From: Candidatus Thorarchaeota archaeon
Lineage (GTDB): Archaea > Asgardarchaeota > Thorarchaeia > Thorarchaeales > Thorarchaeaceae
Reading direction: 5' to 3'
Length of the DNA stretch: 30,059 nt
NCBI GenBank assembly: GCA_048882045.1
Contig: JBHLRZ010000034.1
Span: 1 to 30,059, forward strand
Positions within the stretch are counted from its first letter, which is position 1. The number at the start of each line of letters is the position of its first letter. The notes beneath the pieces were generated by a model that saw only the letters and a program-made list of their open reading frames with translations, was not told the origin of the DNA and ran no database searches. A program made the position numbers and the translations under genes. Shown piece after piece: positions 1-9,559 of the stretch.

Positions 1-1
1 A

Positions 2-199
2 GCAAATTACAAACGGGTTCCAAGGGGATTCGATGTGGACCACCCCCGGGCTGATCTTCTCCTGCATGATAGTCTATTTGTCAATTCACCTCAGATATCC
101 CCCAGTGTGCTCAAAAAACCAGCTTTGGTTGATGTTTGCTACGAGTATGCGCTCATTATGAAACCAATTCACAATTGGTTGAATCAATTATCACGTTAA
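2..199 (+). CDS. 3' end of a DUF2461 (TIGR02453)-like protein, truncated by the window edge
   Basis: Frame 2 is open from the window start to TAA at 197-199 and reads ANYKRVPRGFDVDHPRADLLLHDSLF...PIHNWLNQLSR*. KRVPRGFxxDHPxADLL is the typical C-terminal motif of DUF2461. Not in the ORF track. Confidence 0.75.
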   Translation, partial: ANYKRVPRGFDVDHPRADLLLHDSLFVNSPQISPSVLKKPALVDVCYEYALIMKPIHNWLNQLSR

Positions 200-311
200 C
201 TACAACCGACACCCTTCTTGACAGATTATCAATACTCTATCCCGAAGTCGATTTCTACGGCAAATAGTCATAGGATAACCTACAAAAACGGGGCTTCATG
301 AAACATGAAGA

Positions 312-569
312 GTGAGAACCATGCTCCAAGATAGTGTGAACCGAAAGAGAATCATCGGTACAGTGATTGCCAGCTCAGTCTTCATATTCTGGATTCTTGT
401 TGACCTCTATTTATTCCCATATATCGGATTGACATCCTATGAGCTCTATGAGGTGGTCGCTTATGGATCTTGGACAATAATCACCCTCGTCTGTTTTGGG
501 ATATTGTCTTGGGCAGGATGTTTCTCACTACGTCGTCAATCTGATGAAACAACAAGATCAGTTGGGTAG
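312..569 (+). CDS. Small hypothetical membrane protein (2 TM); start may be ATG 321
   Basis: Two hydrophobic segments with basic flanks. Converges on the next gene with a 12-nt overlap. Confidence 0.55.
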   Translation: MRTMLQDSVNRKRIIGTVIASSVFIFWILVDLYLFPYIGLTSYELYEVVAYGSWTIITLVCFGILSWAGCFSLRRQSDETTRSVG

Positions 570-1316
570 AGTATTCTCATTGTGTAATCCCACTGAATCT
601 CCATGACGTTCAAGACTGCGTAACAGTTGGAGTCCCAGTGTTACTGATACAAATGCAGCCACTGCCACCTTGATAGGCGTAATGAATCCAGCTGCTGACC
701 AGATAAAGGCCAAATATGATGGAGTCCATCCATAGATGAACCAATAGACCTGACCTGGAACAAGCACAAGTACACGAAACAGAATGTCTGTCTCCAATGC
801 AATCACAGTGGAAAAGAGTAGTAGAAGAACTCGTTTCCTCTCAGTAATATTAGACAATAATCCTCTGACAGTCATGAATGAGAAGATCAAAACAATTCCG
901 TATCCAATCAATATATCCCAAATTCCCCAAAGTGGAAGTTCCCAAGTAACAGGGTAGATGAAGTATCCAGTAAGCATAGCTGTATAGATGCCTAGAACAG
1001 GAAGCCACTTTTTCTGATATACAAAACCTGCAACCGCAGCGCCCAACGCGAGACCCCACATGAACAACAACTCTGTGGGATCTGCTCTGATGAAGATCAT
1101 GTGACCAATAAGACTACCAAGTCCCACTGATAATGCTCCTAGGTACGGTCCCAATAGTATTCCAACAATTGGTGCCAAAAGGAATGGCCAACTGTCCCAT
1201 ATGCCTGCATAGAATCCCGGAATTGTTGGAATTACGTCTAGAATGGCTATCATTGCTGTAAAGACTGCAAGGAACGCTACAGTTCTGCTTGAGTTGGAGC
1301 CTACTGGAATCGCCAT
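558..1316 (-). CDS. ECF transporter S-component-like membrane protein
   Basis: About 7 TM. N-terminal 'VAFLAVFTAMIAIL' followed by 'LAPIVGILLGPYLGALSVGLGSLIG', a typical S-component pattern. Substrate unknown; no ECF A/T genes nearby. Confidence 0.7.
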   Translation of the reverse strand: MAIPVGSNSSRTVAFLAVFTAMIAILDVIPTIPGFYAGIWDSWPFLLAPIVGILLGPYLGALSVGLGSLIGHMIFIRADPTELLFMWGLALGAAVAGFVYQKKWLPVLGIYTAMLTGYFIYPVTWELPLWGIWDILIGYGIVLIFSFMTVRGLLSNITERKRVLLLLFSTVIALETDILFRVLVLVPGQVYWFIYGWTPSYLAFIWSAAGFITPIKVAVAAFVSVTLGLQLLRSLERHGDSVGLHNENTLPN

Positions 1317-1429
1317 GGTTCAGCGAGCCATACACGGGTGGAATTTAAACCCTCTTGAACATAAGAGGAGTTCCTATATACCACGGAGCTGTATGCCAGG
1401 TCGTGTAAATCTAGGAGTTCGAGATTATT

Positions 1430-2374
1430 ATGGGAAAAGCACGATTTGTGTTTCCGTTTCTCTTCGCTGCTGGAGGAATTGCCCTCGGTCTGTATACGAT
1501 GTATCGAGTCACATCACTGGCACCATCATTCGAGTTCTTTCCTTGGATTGCTGGATCGCTCTTTACTGATATCCTGATTATTCTAGGGATAGCTATTCCT
1601 GTGATTACCATTGAATACTTCATTATTGCACTCCCCTTGGCAGCCCTCTTTCTGTTGGGTAGTCGACTAGTAAAATCTGCAACTTACAACTTTAGCATAA
1701 TGGACATAGGAACTGAGTTTGGCGGTTACAGAATGATTCGCAGGAGTGTTGCTCCAGCACTTTTTAGTTTGAGTACTTCTGGTTTGGTGATTGGTCTTGT
1801 CGAGGGAATAATTGTTGATGCTCTACCTCCATTGCCTCCTGAAACCAGATTCTGGATCAACCTAAGTGTGACACTGATGGGTGCTTTAGTCATAATGCCA
1901 ATCGCCCTTGCACTATTCATGCCGACCTGGATTCTTAATGACGCAGGTATCGTCACCTATCTTAAGGAGGGTCAGATGGATGTCCGACAATGCCCTGATA
2001 CAGAAGGAGTCGGCCGTTGGTACAGTAGTATGCTCAGTGGTTATTCGTTGTTCGCTTATCCAATAGCAATGATCAGTGCTCACTTTGTCCAACCATTCAT
2101 CATCGAAGGAATTGAAATATCTCAACATCCAGAGTTACTTCTCGTAAGCCTTCTCTGGACTATTGGCATCCCATTGGTGGTTGTGGCCTTCATACTCCCT
2201 GTTGTTTTCCTAAATGAAGCTGCCCAGAGAAGATCAGTTGGGTTCATTCAACGCTTTGCACGTGGACTAGCTGCTAAAGAGGTCGAAAAACCGGTCATCT
2301 CGAGGAAAGGAGCCAAAAGGAAGACTGAGGACAAACCACCAGAAGAACCAGCTGGAGAAGCACTGGACTATTGA
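1430..2374 (+). CDS. Hypothetical polytopic membrane protein
   Basis: 314 aa, about 6 TM, charged C-terminal tail. GGAG upstream of the ATG. Confidence 0.75.
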   Translation: MGKARFVFPFLFAAGGIALGLYTMYRVTSLAPSFEFFPWIAGSLFTDILIILGIAIPVITIEYFIIALPLAALFLLGSRLVKSATYNFSIMDIGTEFGGYRMIRRSVAPALFSLSTSGLVIGLVEGIIVDALPPLPPETRFWINLSVTLMGALVIMPIALALFMPTWILNDAGIVTYLKEGQMDVRQCPDTEGVGRWYSSMLSGYSLFAYPIAMISAHFVQPFIIEGIEISQHPELLLVSLLWTIGIPLVVVAFILPVVFLNEAAQRRSVGFIQRFARGLAAKEVEKPVISRKGAKRKTEDKPPEEPAGEALDY

Positions 2375-2389
2375 CGGTCTGTCAGTGCA

Positions 2390-2467
2390 TCATCTTCTTC
2401 GGATGAAGACCACCAGGACAACAACTAGTGCAGTTGCTATCATAGCTCCATGGACTGCTATCAGCAT
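2390..2467 (-). other. 25-codon ORF encoding a single TM helix plus RRR (microprotein or remnant of a C-terminal membrane anchor)
   Basis: Reverse strand reads ATG...TGA = MLIAVHGAMIATALVVVLVVFIRRR*. GAGGT lies just upstream. Confidence 0.4.
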
Positions 2468-2514
2468 GAAACCTCAACTATTAGCAATGTGACTGCAAGT
2501 TTTTGCTATAACTA

Positions 2515-3417
2515 CTACTCGCGTAGGCCAACTAGATTGTTAAATGCCTTGAGACAATTCAGCGTTATCTTACCCGCCCATTCCTTCTCAGCTATAGGCC
2601 ATACATCTTCATACTGACCCCATTTCCAAGTAGGCCACCACCCTCCATCATCAGCCTGTTTCTCCAATTCCTGATACATTAAATTGTAGACATTTCCAGG
2701 ATATGATATCAGAATTGCATCAGTATCGGGAGCCAACCAAAAAATGCGAATTTCTCCCAGATCTTTCTGAGTGTAAGGAGCATCTCTCTTGAAAGTCCGT
2801 CGTATCTTTTCTGCCACCATTGTTTGGAGTGGTTCTGGAAACTCTTTGTAGGCACGTTCCCAACACATCACCTTGTACAGACCTTCTATGTACTCTGAGC
2901 TCTTGATGTTCGCAACTAGCCGTCTATTCAGACTTACAATGAAATCATCTGGAATCAATGATCTGTATCTATAGATATACCCTGCAAGTTCTGCACTTGG
3001 ATTTGCCCAGCTATCCTCACTTGGGGGCTTGACTTCTTCCAAATTCCACCATGGTGCATGAGGTTCATCGTTAACATCGAGGAACGTATATGGCCAATTA
3101 CCGTGTTCTTTGTCATATGTCGATAACAAATACTGTATTGCTTCCGAAACGATGCTCTCATCTGCAGTTGCATCAATGTCCTTGCAATATTGCAGACCGA
3201 TAGAGGTCACAATTGGTGAGGATGCCTTCAACCTGATATCCGACTCGAGGCCGTGACCATATCCTCCATCAGAGTTCTGATATTTACTCAGTTCAGCAAC
3301 AACATCGTTTCGGGAACCATCTTCGAACAGGTAGTTGAACAAACTGCGATCAAGCGGTCTTGCATTCTCGTAGATGAAGTCACGTGCTCGAACGAACGCT
3401 TCTTTCGAGAGTTTCAT
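2515..3417 (-). CDS. Prenyltransferase/squalene-cyclase-like alpha/alpha toroid hypothetical protein
   Basis: QW-like repeats YQNSDGGYGHGLE and QADDGGWWPTW; ARPLD and PHAPWW motifs. No DXDD. Confidence 0.7.
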   Translation of the reverse strand: MKLSKEAFVRARDFIYENARPLDRSLFNYLFEDGSRNDVVAELSKYQNSDGGYGHGLESDIRLKASSPIVTSIGLQYCKDIDATADESIVSEAIQYLLSTYDKEHGNWPYTFLDVNDEPHAPWWNLEEVKPPSEDSWANPSAELAGYIYRYRSLIPDDFIVSLNRRLVANIKSSEYIEGLYKVMCWERAYKEFPEPLQTMVAEKIRRTFKRDAPYTQKDLGEIRIFWLAPDTDAILISYPGNVYNLMYQELEKQADDGGWWPTWKWGQYEDVWPIAEKEWAGKITLNCLKAFNNLVGLRE

Positions 3418-3506
3418 TTGGTGAACCTCTATTCCTTTCGAGGTTGACTGTCTGATAGGTCTTTACCTATGATAAGACTCTTATTGGAATAACAATAGTT
3501 AATGAT

Positions 3507-3959
3507 ATGTCAGAAGAGAAACTCATAGATGTGGAGATTAAGCAGACCACTCTTGTTCGTGCCAAACCTGAGGAAGTCTATGATGCAATCGCCACGGCTG
3601 ATGGGATCAATGCCTGGTTCACTCATAATACTGAGATTGACGCAAGACCTGGGGGAGCGATCACCTTTCGATGGAAGGATTGGGGTCCAGACAAGTACAC
3701 TGTCGATTCTCCAGGCACCGTTGTAGAGGCGAAGAGAGGAGAACGTTTTGTGTTTCAATGGAGTGCTGACAAACCTGATTATGTTTCAACCATCGAAATC
3801 AATTTCGAACCTGTTGAGGAAGGTACGGTTGTCCGTCTGCGTGAATACGGCTATCATGACACACCCTCTGGTAGAGCGGCTATGTTAGAGTGTGCTGCAG
3901 GGTGGGGCGAAGCTCTGACACTTTTGAAGTACTATGTAGAGCATGGAATAACATACTAG
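3507..3959 (+). CDS. SRPBCC/AHSA1 (START-like) domain protein
   Basis: PEEVYDAIAT...WF...D.RPGG, GTVVRLRE, and a GW...L..L..Y.E terminal helix. Confidence 0.9.
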   Translation: MSEEKLIDVEIKQTTLVRAKPEEVYDAIATADGINAWFTHNTEIDARPGGAITFRWKDWGPDKYTVDSPGTVVEAKRGERFVFQWSADKPDYVSTIEINFEPVEEGTVVRLREYGYHDTPSGRAAMLECAAGWGEALTLLKYYVEHGITY

Positions 3960-4048
3960 TGAATTCTCGAATGGATCTCTTCAGTAGATTCTCATTAGTA
4001 GTAGCCTCAGTATCCAATCCCTCAATGTCCTATATTTAGACCACTAAT

Positions 4049-4519
4049 CTATTTGATAACGGAAAACCTGTGTGGAACATAGTCTGTCATCGTAACTTCT
4101 TTTCCGAGAATTTTCAAGGCCATGACAATCTGACCTCTGTGATAGGTGAAGTGGTTCACCATATGGAAAAACATCTCATCGAACTGCAGTTTCAGTACTT
4201 TTCCTGCTCTTTCATCTTGGAATTCATCAACCTCTCTCTCATTGATCATCCCAATCCATTTTCTTACATACTTTGATATGAAACTGTATAGCTCGTCACG
4301 ATTCATACCTAGAAAATCTGGTTCATCTACTGTTTCACTATTCCAATCATGGAACCATTCGCAAGTGTCCTCTGCTAGATGTACGTACCTAGCATACAAA
4401 CTACCACCTGATTTATACATTGGACGCCTGAATTCCTCGTCGCTAAGATCCTTGATGATTTCCCAGATAGAGTCATTCGCCCATATCAGATAGTTTGCTA
4501 ACTTTGCCAGTAGAACCAT
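4049..4519 (-). CDS. DinB/YfiT family protein
   Basis: Y..WAN start, His in YVHLA, and HMVNHFTYHRGQI metal-binding motif. Confidence 0.9.
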   Translation of the reverse strand: MVLLAKLANYLIWANDSIWEIIKDLSDEEFRRPMYKSGGSLYARYVHLAEDTCEWFHDWNSETVDEPDFLGMNRDELYSFISKYVRKWIGMINEREVDEFQDERAGKVLKLQFDEMFFHMVNHFTYHRGQIVMALKILGKEVTMTDYVPHRFSVIK

Positions 4520-4607
4520 ACTATTCCATCATGTTCCATCGTTTTAAGTTGAATAGTTATAACAGAAGATTTCTATTGACCGTCACCAAAAGCAATCTAG
4601 AAACACC

Positions 4608-5447
4608 ATGAAGGATAAAGTCGTCATTGTGACTGGCAGTAATTCAGGAATAGGTCGAGAAACAGCCCTTGCCCTAGCGGACATGGGAGCTGTTGTTATT
4701 GCTGTTGTTCGTAACCAAGAGCTTGGTGAACAAGCGTGTGAGGCTATAATTGCAGAAACCGGGAATCAGTCTGTTGACATGATGCTCTGTGATCTGTCAT
4801 CAATGAGTATCATCAGAAATTTTGCTAAGGAGTTCAAAAGCAAGTATGACCGTCTTGATGTTTTGATCAACAATGCAGGTGCGGTCTTCAGTAAAAGACA
4901 GGTGACAAGTGAGGGCTTTGAACGTACTCTTGCCGTGAACTACCTTGCTCCCTTCCTTCTCACACAAGAACTCCTCCCACTCCTGAAGGCAAGTGCCACT
5001 TCAAGAGTAATTAACCTCTCATCAGGTTTGGCTAATAGAGCTGAATTGAACTTAGACGACCTACAGAGTGAATCAGGCTATAAATCCCGGAAGGTATACG
5101 GTAGTGCCAAGCTCATGATTGAGATGTTCACCTACAATCTCGCACGACGTCTTGAGAATACTGGTGTTTCAGTAAATGTTGTCAAGCCTGGATTTGTTGC
5201 GACAAATCTTGGTCGTAGTAGTGGCAGTCTCAGTTCTAGAATCATGTTTGGGATGATGAAACCATTTCAACTCAGTCCAAAGGAAGGTGCGGAAACTTCA
5301 ATCTATGTAGCCAGCTCACCAGAAGTTGAGGGAGTTACCGGTAAGTGCTTCAGAAAGTGCGAAGAAACAAAGACCTCAGAAATCTCATACGATGCTGACA
5401 AACAGGAACAGCTTTGGGACAAGACAATCGAGCTTCTAGGCCTCTAA
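4608..5447 (+). CDS. Short-chain dehydrogenase/reductase (retinol-DH/WWOX-like subgroup)
   Basis: TGSNSGIG, NNAG, YGSAK (YxxxK), PGFVATN. Confidence 0.95.
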   Translation: MKDKVVIVTGSNSGIGRETALALADMGAVVIAVVRNQELGEQACEAIIAETGNQSVDMMLCDLSSMSIIRNFAKEFKSKYDRLDVLINNAGAVFSKRQVTSEGFERTLAVNYLAPFLLTQELLPLLKASATSRVINLSSGLANRAELNLDDLQSESGYKSRKVYGSAKLMIEMFTYNLARRLENTGVSVNVVKPGFVATNLGRSSGSLSSRIMFGMMKPFQLSPKEGAETSIYVASSPEVEGVTGKCFRKCEETKTSEISYDADKQEQLWDKTIELLGL

Positions 5448-7535
5448 CAAGTGCCCGAACTTTTTCTGAAAGTTATCAGCCAGCTCAAAAAATCCATACT
5501 TCTTCCATGCAACCATGGCCTGGTCATAGGTTTCTCTCGAGAGTGATAGATACCTCTCATCATCCAACCTCTTCCATGCATTGGCTAATAGATCCATGAA
5601 TGTACTGGACATCATAGCTAACTCGTAGTCGAACTTTGCGGGGTCTTGAACTATTATCCTGTTGAGATCTATGACGCGGTTTACCGTCCTCATCAGTTCC
5701 ATCTCATCAAGAGAATCCACTATGAGTGATGCATGAAAGCTTGCAGACATCACATCATCACGAATTACCTCTCCAAATGACAGAAACCATTCATGAACAT
5801 CTAGGGCGATGTCTACACATCTCTTGAGAACTTCTATTCTTTCCTCGTTTTTCAACAACCTTGTAGCTAGCGAGGTCAAGGCTGTATTTGTGTTGCTGAG
5901 ATATGTCGCATATATCGTTGGACGAGTAATCTGGGCTGCATCTATTGTGTTGACATCGAGAAGGTTGATTGCTGCATACAGCAGTCGAATCTCATAATCT
6001 GGCAACTCATTCTCCCTTGCAAGGACTGGACCAATCGAATTCGCAACAACAAAGAGCGAGAACCTCATTCGAGCCTTGGGCCATTCTGATTCCATTATCT
6101 CATAGATGTCGCCAAGAAATTCGATTGTGCGCTGAAGATGATGTTCTCTTGAGATTCCGGTTGATAGGAAATAGTACTCTGCATGTGCCACACCTAGGCT
6201 CTGAAAGACACTGTCAATAGTATATGCAAAGAGTGGAATGTCCGTCTTCATCAACCCTCTGAAATAGTCTCGATATAGCATGAGGACTTCTTCTAAGATA
6301 CCTTGTCGTTCTGTAATTGTTAGGACTGGAGACTCTGTCAATGCCGTTAGAAGAGCAATGTAGTTTTGAAGTTTGAATGAGGCTGTAATACCTATCTCTA
6401 TTCCTTTCCCTTCTTTCTTCAATTCCCAAAGAAGATCATCATCGAGAACCCAGGTTACGCTACCAAGAATGCTTGAGATTTGTGATTTGTAAAGACCAAG
6501 CTCTTCCTTGAATCCATCATAACTCGTTATCGAATATAGCTTGTTGAAGATTCGTGCACGTTCTTCAATGGCATCAATGAATGCACAGACTATTTCCGAT
6601 CTCCCCTTGTAGAGACTTGTCAGTTTTGACGAAAACTCAGGATATTCTACTACAATCGGATCTAGGAATAGAAAACCCAGCATTAGATGCTCGTCATTGT
6701 TCACAAATTCGAACTTCTTCATCGATTCTCTGAAGACCCGTGTGTAATCTGCTGGGATGATTTCCCCAGTAATGGTTCCCACCAAAACTTTCGCTAGGTC
6801 TGTGAAGGGATGGTCATCTGGTAGTTTGGTCGCTAGTTCTCTGAGTTCATTCATGGTTGGAGGTACTGCCTTTGTTACCGAGTGAGCTAGTGCACCCATC
6901 TTGATGCTGAAAATTCCAGCAAGAGGTCCTTCCTCCTTCACACCAATCGCACACGCTATATCAAACTCTCCTCTCAGTGCATGTGTCAACGCATCTCTCA
7001 TTGTTCCAGAAACTTCGGCCTTTAGCTCAAACCACTTAGTTTCAGGTTCAGGCCTAGCAAGTAGCTCATCCACTTCTCGAATCGATTGTGAAAACCTTGA
7101 GTCATTCTTTAGAACTTTGAAAATTGGATCCCACGCACATGAGAGCGCAGATGGAAGAGATGTCTCAATGTGATCTCTTACATAAGCACCAAGAATTCCA
7201 GCAATGACATCCTTCTGAGGGTCATCCACGGACCCATCAGCATGTCGAATCTCCGAATCGTCAATCTTCTCTGCGATGACCCTCAAGAGACTGTCCATAT
7301 AGTCTTCTGCCTTGCTTACTAGTGCTACAATTGTGAATCCCTTCTTGGATTCAGTAACAAGGAGAGTATCATCCTTGAAGCCAAGACGTCTAACTTCGCC
7401 ACTTCCCATCACACTGCTCAGTGCCTTGACTGCCTCGATCAGCGGTCCAAGAATCAGTTCTCCGTCCGCCTCTGTTGAGCTTTTGACCACGATGGGCACA
7501 CCACCTATAGTCAAGACACCAATCAGTCTAATCAT
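5436..7535 (-). CDS. N-terminal longin-like domain fused to a long alpha-helical (TPR/solenoid-like) region
   Basis: Residues 1-120 show the beta-beta-alpha-beta-beta-beta-alpha-alpha order: IRLIGVLT-IGG-VPIVVK / LILGPLIEAVKALSSVM / VRRLGF / TLLVTE / FTIVALV / helix / helix. The rest is amphipathic helices. Confidence 0.65.
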   Translation of the reverse strand: MIRLIGVLTIGGVPIVVKSSTEADGELILGPLIEAVKALSSVMGSGEVRRLGFKDDTLLVTESKKGFTIVALVSKAEDYMDSLLRVIAEKIDDSEIRHADGSVDDPQKDVIAGILGAYVRDHIETSLPSALSCAWDPIFKVLKNDSRFSQSIREVDELLARPEPETKWFELKAEVSGTMRDALTHALRGEFDIACAIGVKEEGPLAGIFSIKMGALAHSVTKAVPPTMNELRELATKLPDDHPFTDLAKVLVGTITGEIIPADYTRVFRESMKKFEFVNNDEHLMLGFLFLDPIVVEYPEFSSKLTSLYKGRSEIVCAFIDAIEERARIFNKLYSITSYDGFKEELGLYKSQISSILGSVTWVLDDDLLWELKKEGKGIEIGITASFKLQNYIALLTALTESPVLTITERQGILEEVLMLYRDYFRGLMKTDIPLFAYTIDSVFQSLGVAHAEYYFLSTGISREHHLQRTIEFLGDIYEIMESEWPKARMRFSLFVVANSIGPVLARENELPDYEIRLLYAAINLLDVNTIDAAQITRPTIYATYLSNTNTALTSLATRLLKNEERIEVLKRCVDIALDVHEWFLSFGEVIRDDVMSASFHASLIVDSLDEMELMRTVNRVIDLNRIIVQDPAKFDYELAMMSSTFMDLLANAWKRLDDERYLSLSRETYDQAMVAWKKYGFFELADNFQKKFGHLLEA

Positions 7536-7653
7536 TCTCTATTCCCTACGTAGCATGCAATCTTATTTTCACTATAATGTGTGAGAATACTCATCCCGAA
7601 ACTAGTACTTATTCTTAATTTGTTGATATGAATAAAGACCTCCAGAGATGTAG

Positions 7654-7700
7654 GATAGAATGGACAGAACAGATGCAATCTGTCCACTCTGAATTCTATC
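7654..7700 (-). terminator. Hairpin directly after the stop of the alpha/beta hydrolase gene
   Basis: GATAGAA+TGGACAGA (7654-7668) pairs with TCTGTCCA (7679-7686) and TTCTATC (7694-7700). Confidence 0.4.
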
Positions 7701-9453
7701 ATCTTAAGGCTAATATTGATGCCAGAAGCCATGCGCAAATTATGGCATTGATCATAGCTCCAAGCCATCGATTACCAGTCACACGATATACAAACATTGT
7801 GATCACGGTGCAAATAGCAAACCATGGTGTGAAAGCATAGAAGAACAGGAACGAATATCCAATGATTCCTGGAATCAGAGGTGCACCTGCTAGATATCCT
7901 CCCACAAATTCGAAAGCCAACAGAATGAGGTAAGGGAGTGTTTTGATGAGTACAGCTTTCGCTGTCCAGATAAACTGAACCCTTGTCCAAGTACCCTCTG
8001 CGCTAGGCAACATTGGTCCTGTCAACCAAGCCCCATCTATCAATGTGTAGATTAGGAACACAATAAAGTACAATGGTACAAATGTGGCCTGTGCTAGAGT
8101 GAGGTCATGGAGTCCCGGAAGGAAGCTCCTCAAGTCCAACACAAGTCCTAGGTCTGCTATCAGGGCTAACATGTAAAGCCAGACAAACACGATCAATGCA
8201 ATAGCAAGAGTTCTGAAAATGACTAAGACCGGCTTGTCACTTCCAGTTCCGAGTAATCTTTTCACTGATAGAATCTGTACCTCTTCAACTCCGATAGTCC
8301 CATCCTGTAATTGTCTTTGTTTAGTTGCTTTTCGAGTCAGGATTATGAAGAGAAACAGAGCTGCAAAAAGTGCACTTCCAATCATCCATGACATGACAGG
8401 TATCCCGTAACTCTGAGGGAATGGAATTACATATGATAGCAGGGTCCCAACAAACAGGAATGGGAAGAATGTGATTGTACCAATCAGTCCCAAGACAATC
8501 CCATAGCCTATGAACGACCTTGTTGTGGTTGGTTTCTCCTTTGGTTCTCCTTTCAATTCTGAGAAAACTGGTATGTCCAGTAATATCGCAATCAGAGGGA
8601 AGACGGTGAGAAGGGCTCCCAATAGTCCAAAAAGCCCTCCAGCCAACCAGAATGGATAGACCAGACTTGTGCTAGCAATCCAATATTCATCCTCGACTCC
8701 ACCTTTCAGGCTGTTTTTCATCCAATCAACTGTTTCGCTGATAATGATGGGATTGATTGTTTCAAACAGATGATTGGTGGGTGCAAATATGACTCTTCGG
8801 GCAGTATTATTTGCAAAGTCACCATAAGTTGTACCAGGTGCAATCCCTGTTACATTGAAGTATGGTTCCAGCCCAGTGAGATTTTGAGGATAACTCGAGA
8901 GTGAATCAAAGTACCCAACCGCCACTAGTGTATTCGGTGTATAGTCTGGTTCTGTCCAGAATCCGGATCCTACAAAAACCAACGCTCTGACATAGACACT
9001 GGATTCCTCTATAGCACTCAAAGCGATACCGCCTCCCATACTATGCCCAATAAGACCAATCTGAGTATCATCCACGTAGTCCAGAGATGTGATATATTCC
9101 AGTGCCGCAGTTCCGCTTCCTGAGCCAGGGTCTGAATTTCCATGACCGTTTGCATCTATGGTCAAAACCACAAATCCCCGTTTAGCCAGTTCAATGCCAA
9201 ACGCCATCAGCCATTCCTTGCTCTGAAGGGATCCATGAATTACCACGACCCCAGGTAATGGGTTCGAATCGGCTGCATAGATAGGCTTCTGCAGTGTACT
9301 ATGAATCATTGAACCATCAGCAGCTTGAAAATCAACTTCGGATACTACCACTGTCCCAAAACCAGTCTGTATACTTGCTGCGCCTATGATTCCTGAGAAC
9401 ATGATAATTAATCCAAGTAGGAATACCAAGTATCTACGTTTCATTTTCTTCAT
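7699..9453 (-). CDS. Membrane-anchored alpha/beta hydrolase with a C-terminal multi-TM domain
   Basis: N-terminal TM; IHG oxyanion motif, GHSMGG nucleophile elbow, candidate Asp (FDSL) and His (NHLFE); about 8 C-terminal TMs. Confidence 0.85.
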   Translation of the reverse strand: MKKMKRRYLVFLLGLIIMFSGIIGAASIQTGFGTVVVSEVDFQAADGSMIHSTLQKPIYAADSNPLPGVVVIHGSLQSKEWLMAFGIELAKRGFVVLTIDANGHGNSDPGSGSGTAALEYITSLDYVDDTQIGLIGHSMGGGIALSAIEESSVYVRALVFVGSGFWTEPDYTPNTLVAVGYFDSLSSYPQNLTGLEPYFNVTGIAPGTTYGDFANNTARRVIFAPTNHLFETINPIIISETVDWMKNSLKGGVEDEYWIASTSLVYPFWLAGGLFGLLGALLTVFPLIAILLDIPVFSELKGEPKEKPTTTRSFIGYGIVLGLIGTITFFPFLFVGTLLSYVIPFPQSYGIPVMSWMIGSALFAALFLFIILTRKATKQRQLQDGTIGVEEVQILSVKRLLGTGSDKPVLVIFRTLAIALIVFVWLYMLALIADLGLVLDLRSFLPGLHDLTLAQATFVPLYFIVFLIYTLIDGAWLTGPMLPSAEGTWTRVQFIWTAKAVLIKTLPYLILLAFEFVGGYLAGAPLIPGIIGYSFLFFYAFTPWFAICTVITMFVYRVTGNRWLGAMINAIICAWLLASILALR

Positions 9454-9559
9454 CCAACTGACTGCAATCTTGGTCTTGTCGAAAATCAGTCTTTTATTTC
9501 ATCCGAACTTGGTTCAAAGTCCATAACATATGCTGAATTCCAGTCAAGTACTTATAGAC

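Noticed and set aside
2515-3417. Functional squalene/terpene cyclase
   Set aside because: Single domain with no DXDD motif and no isoprenoid genes nearby.
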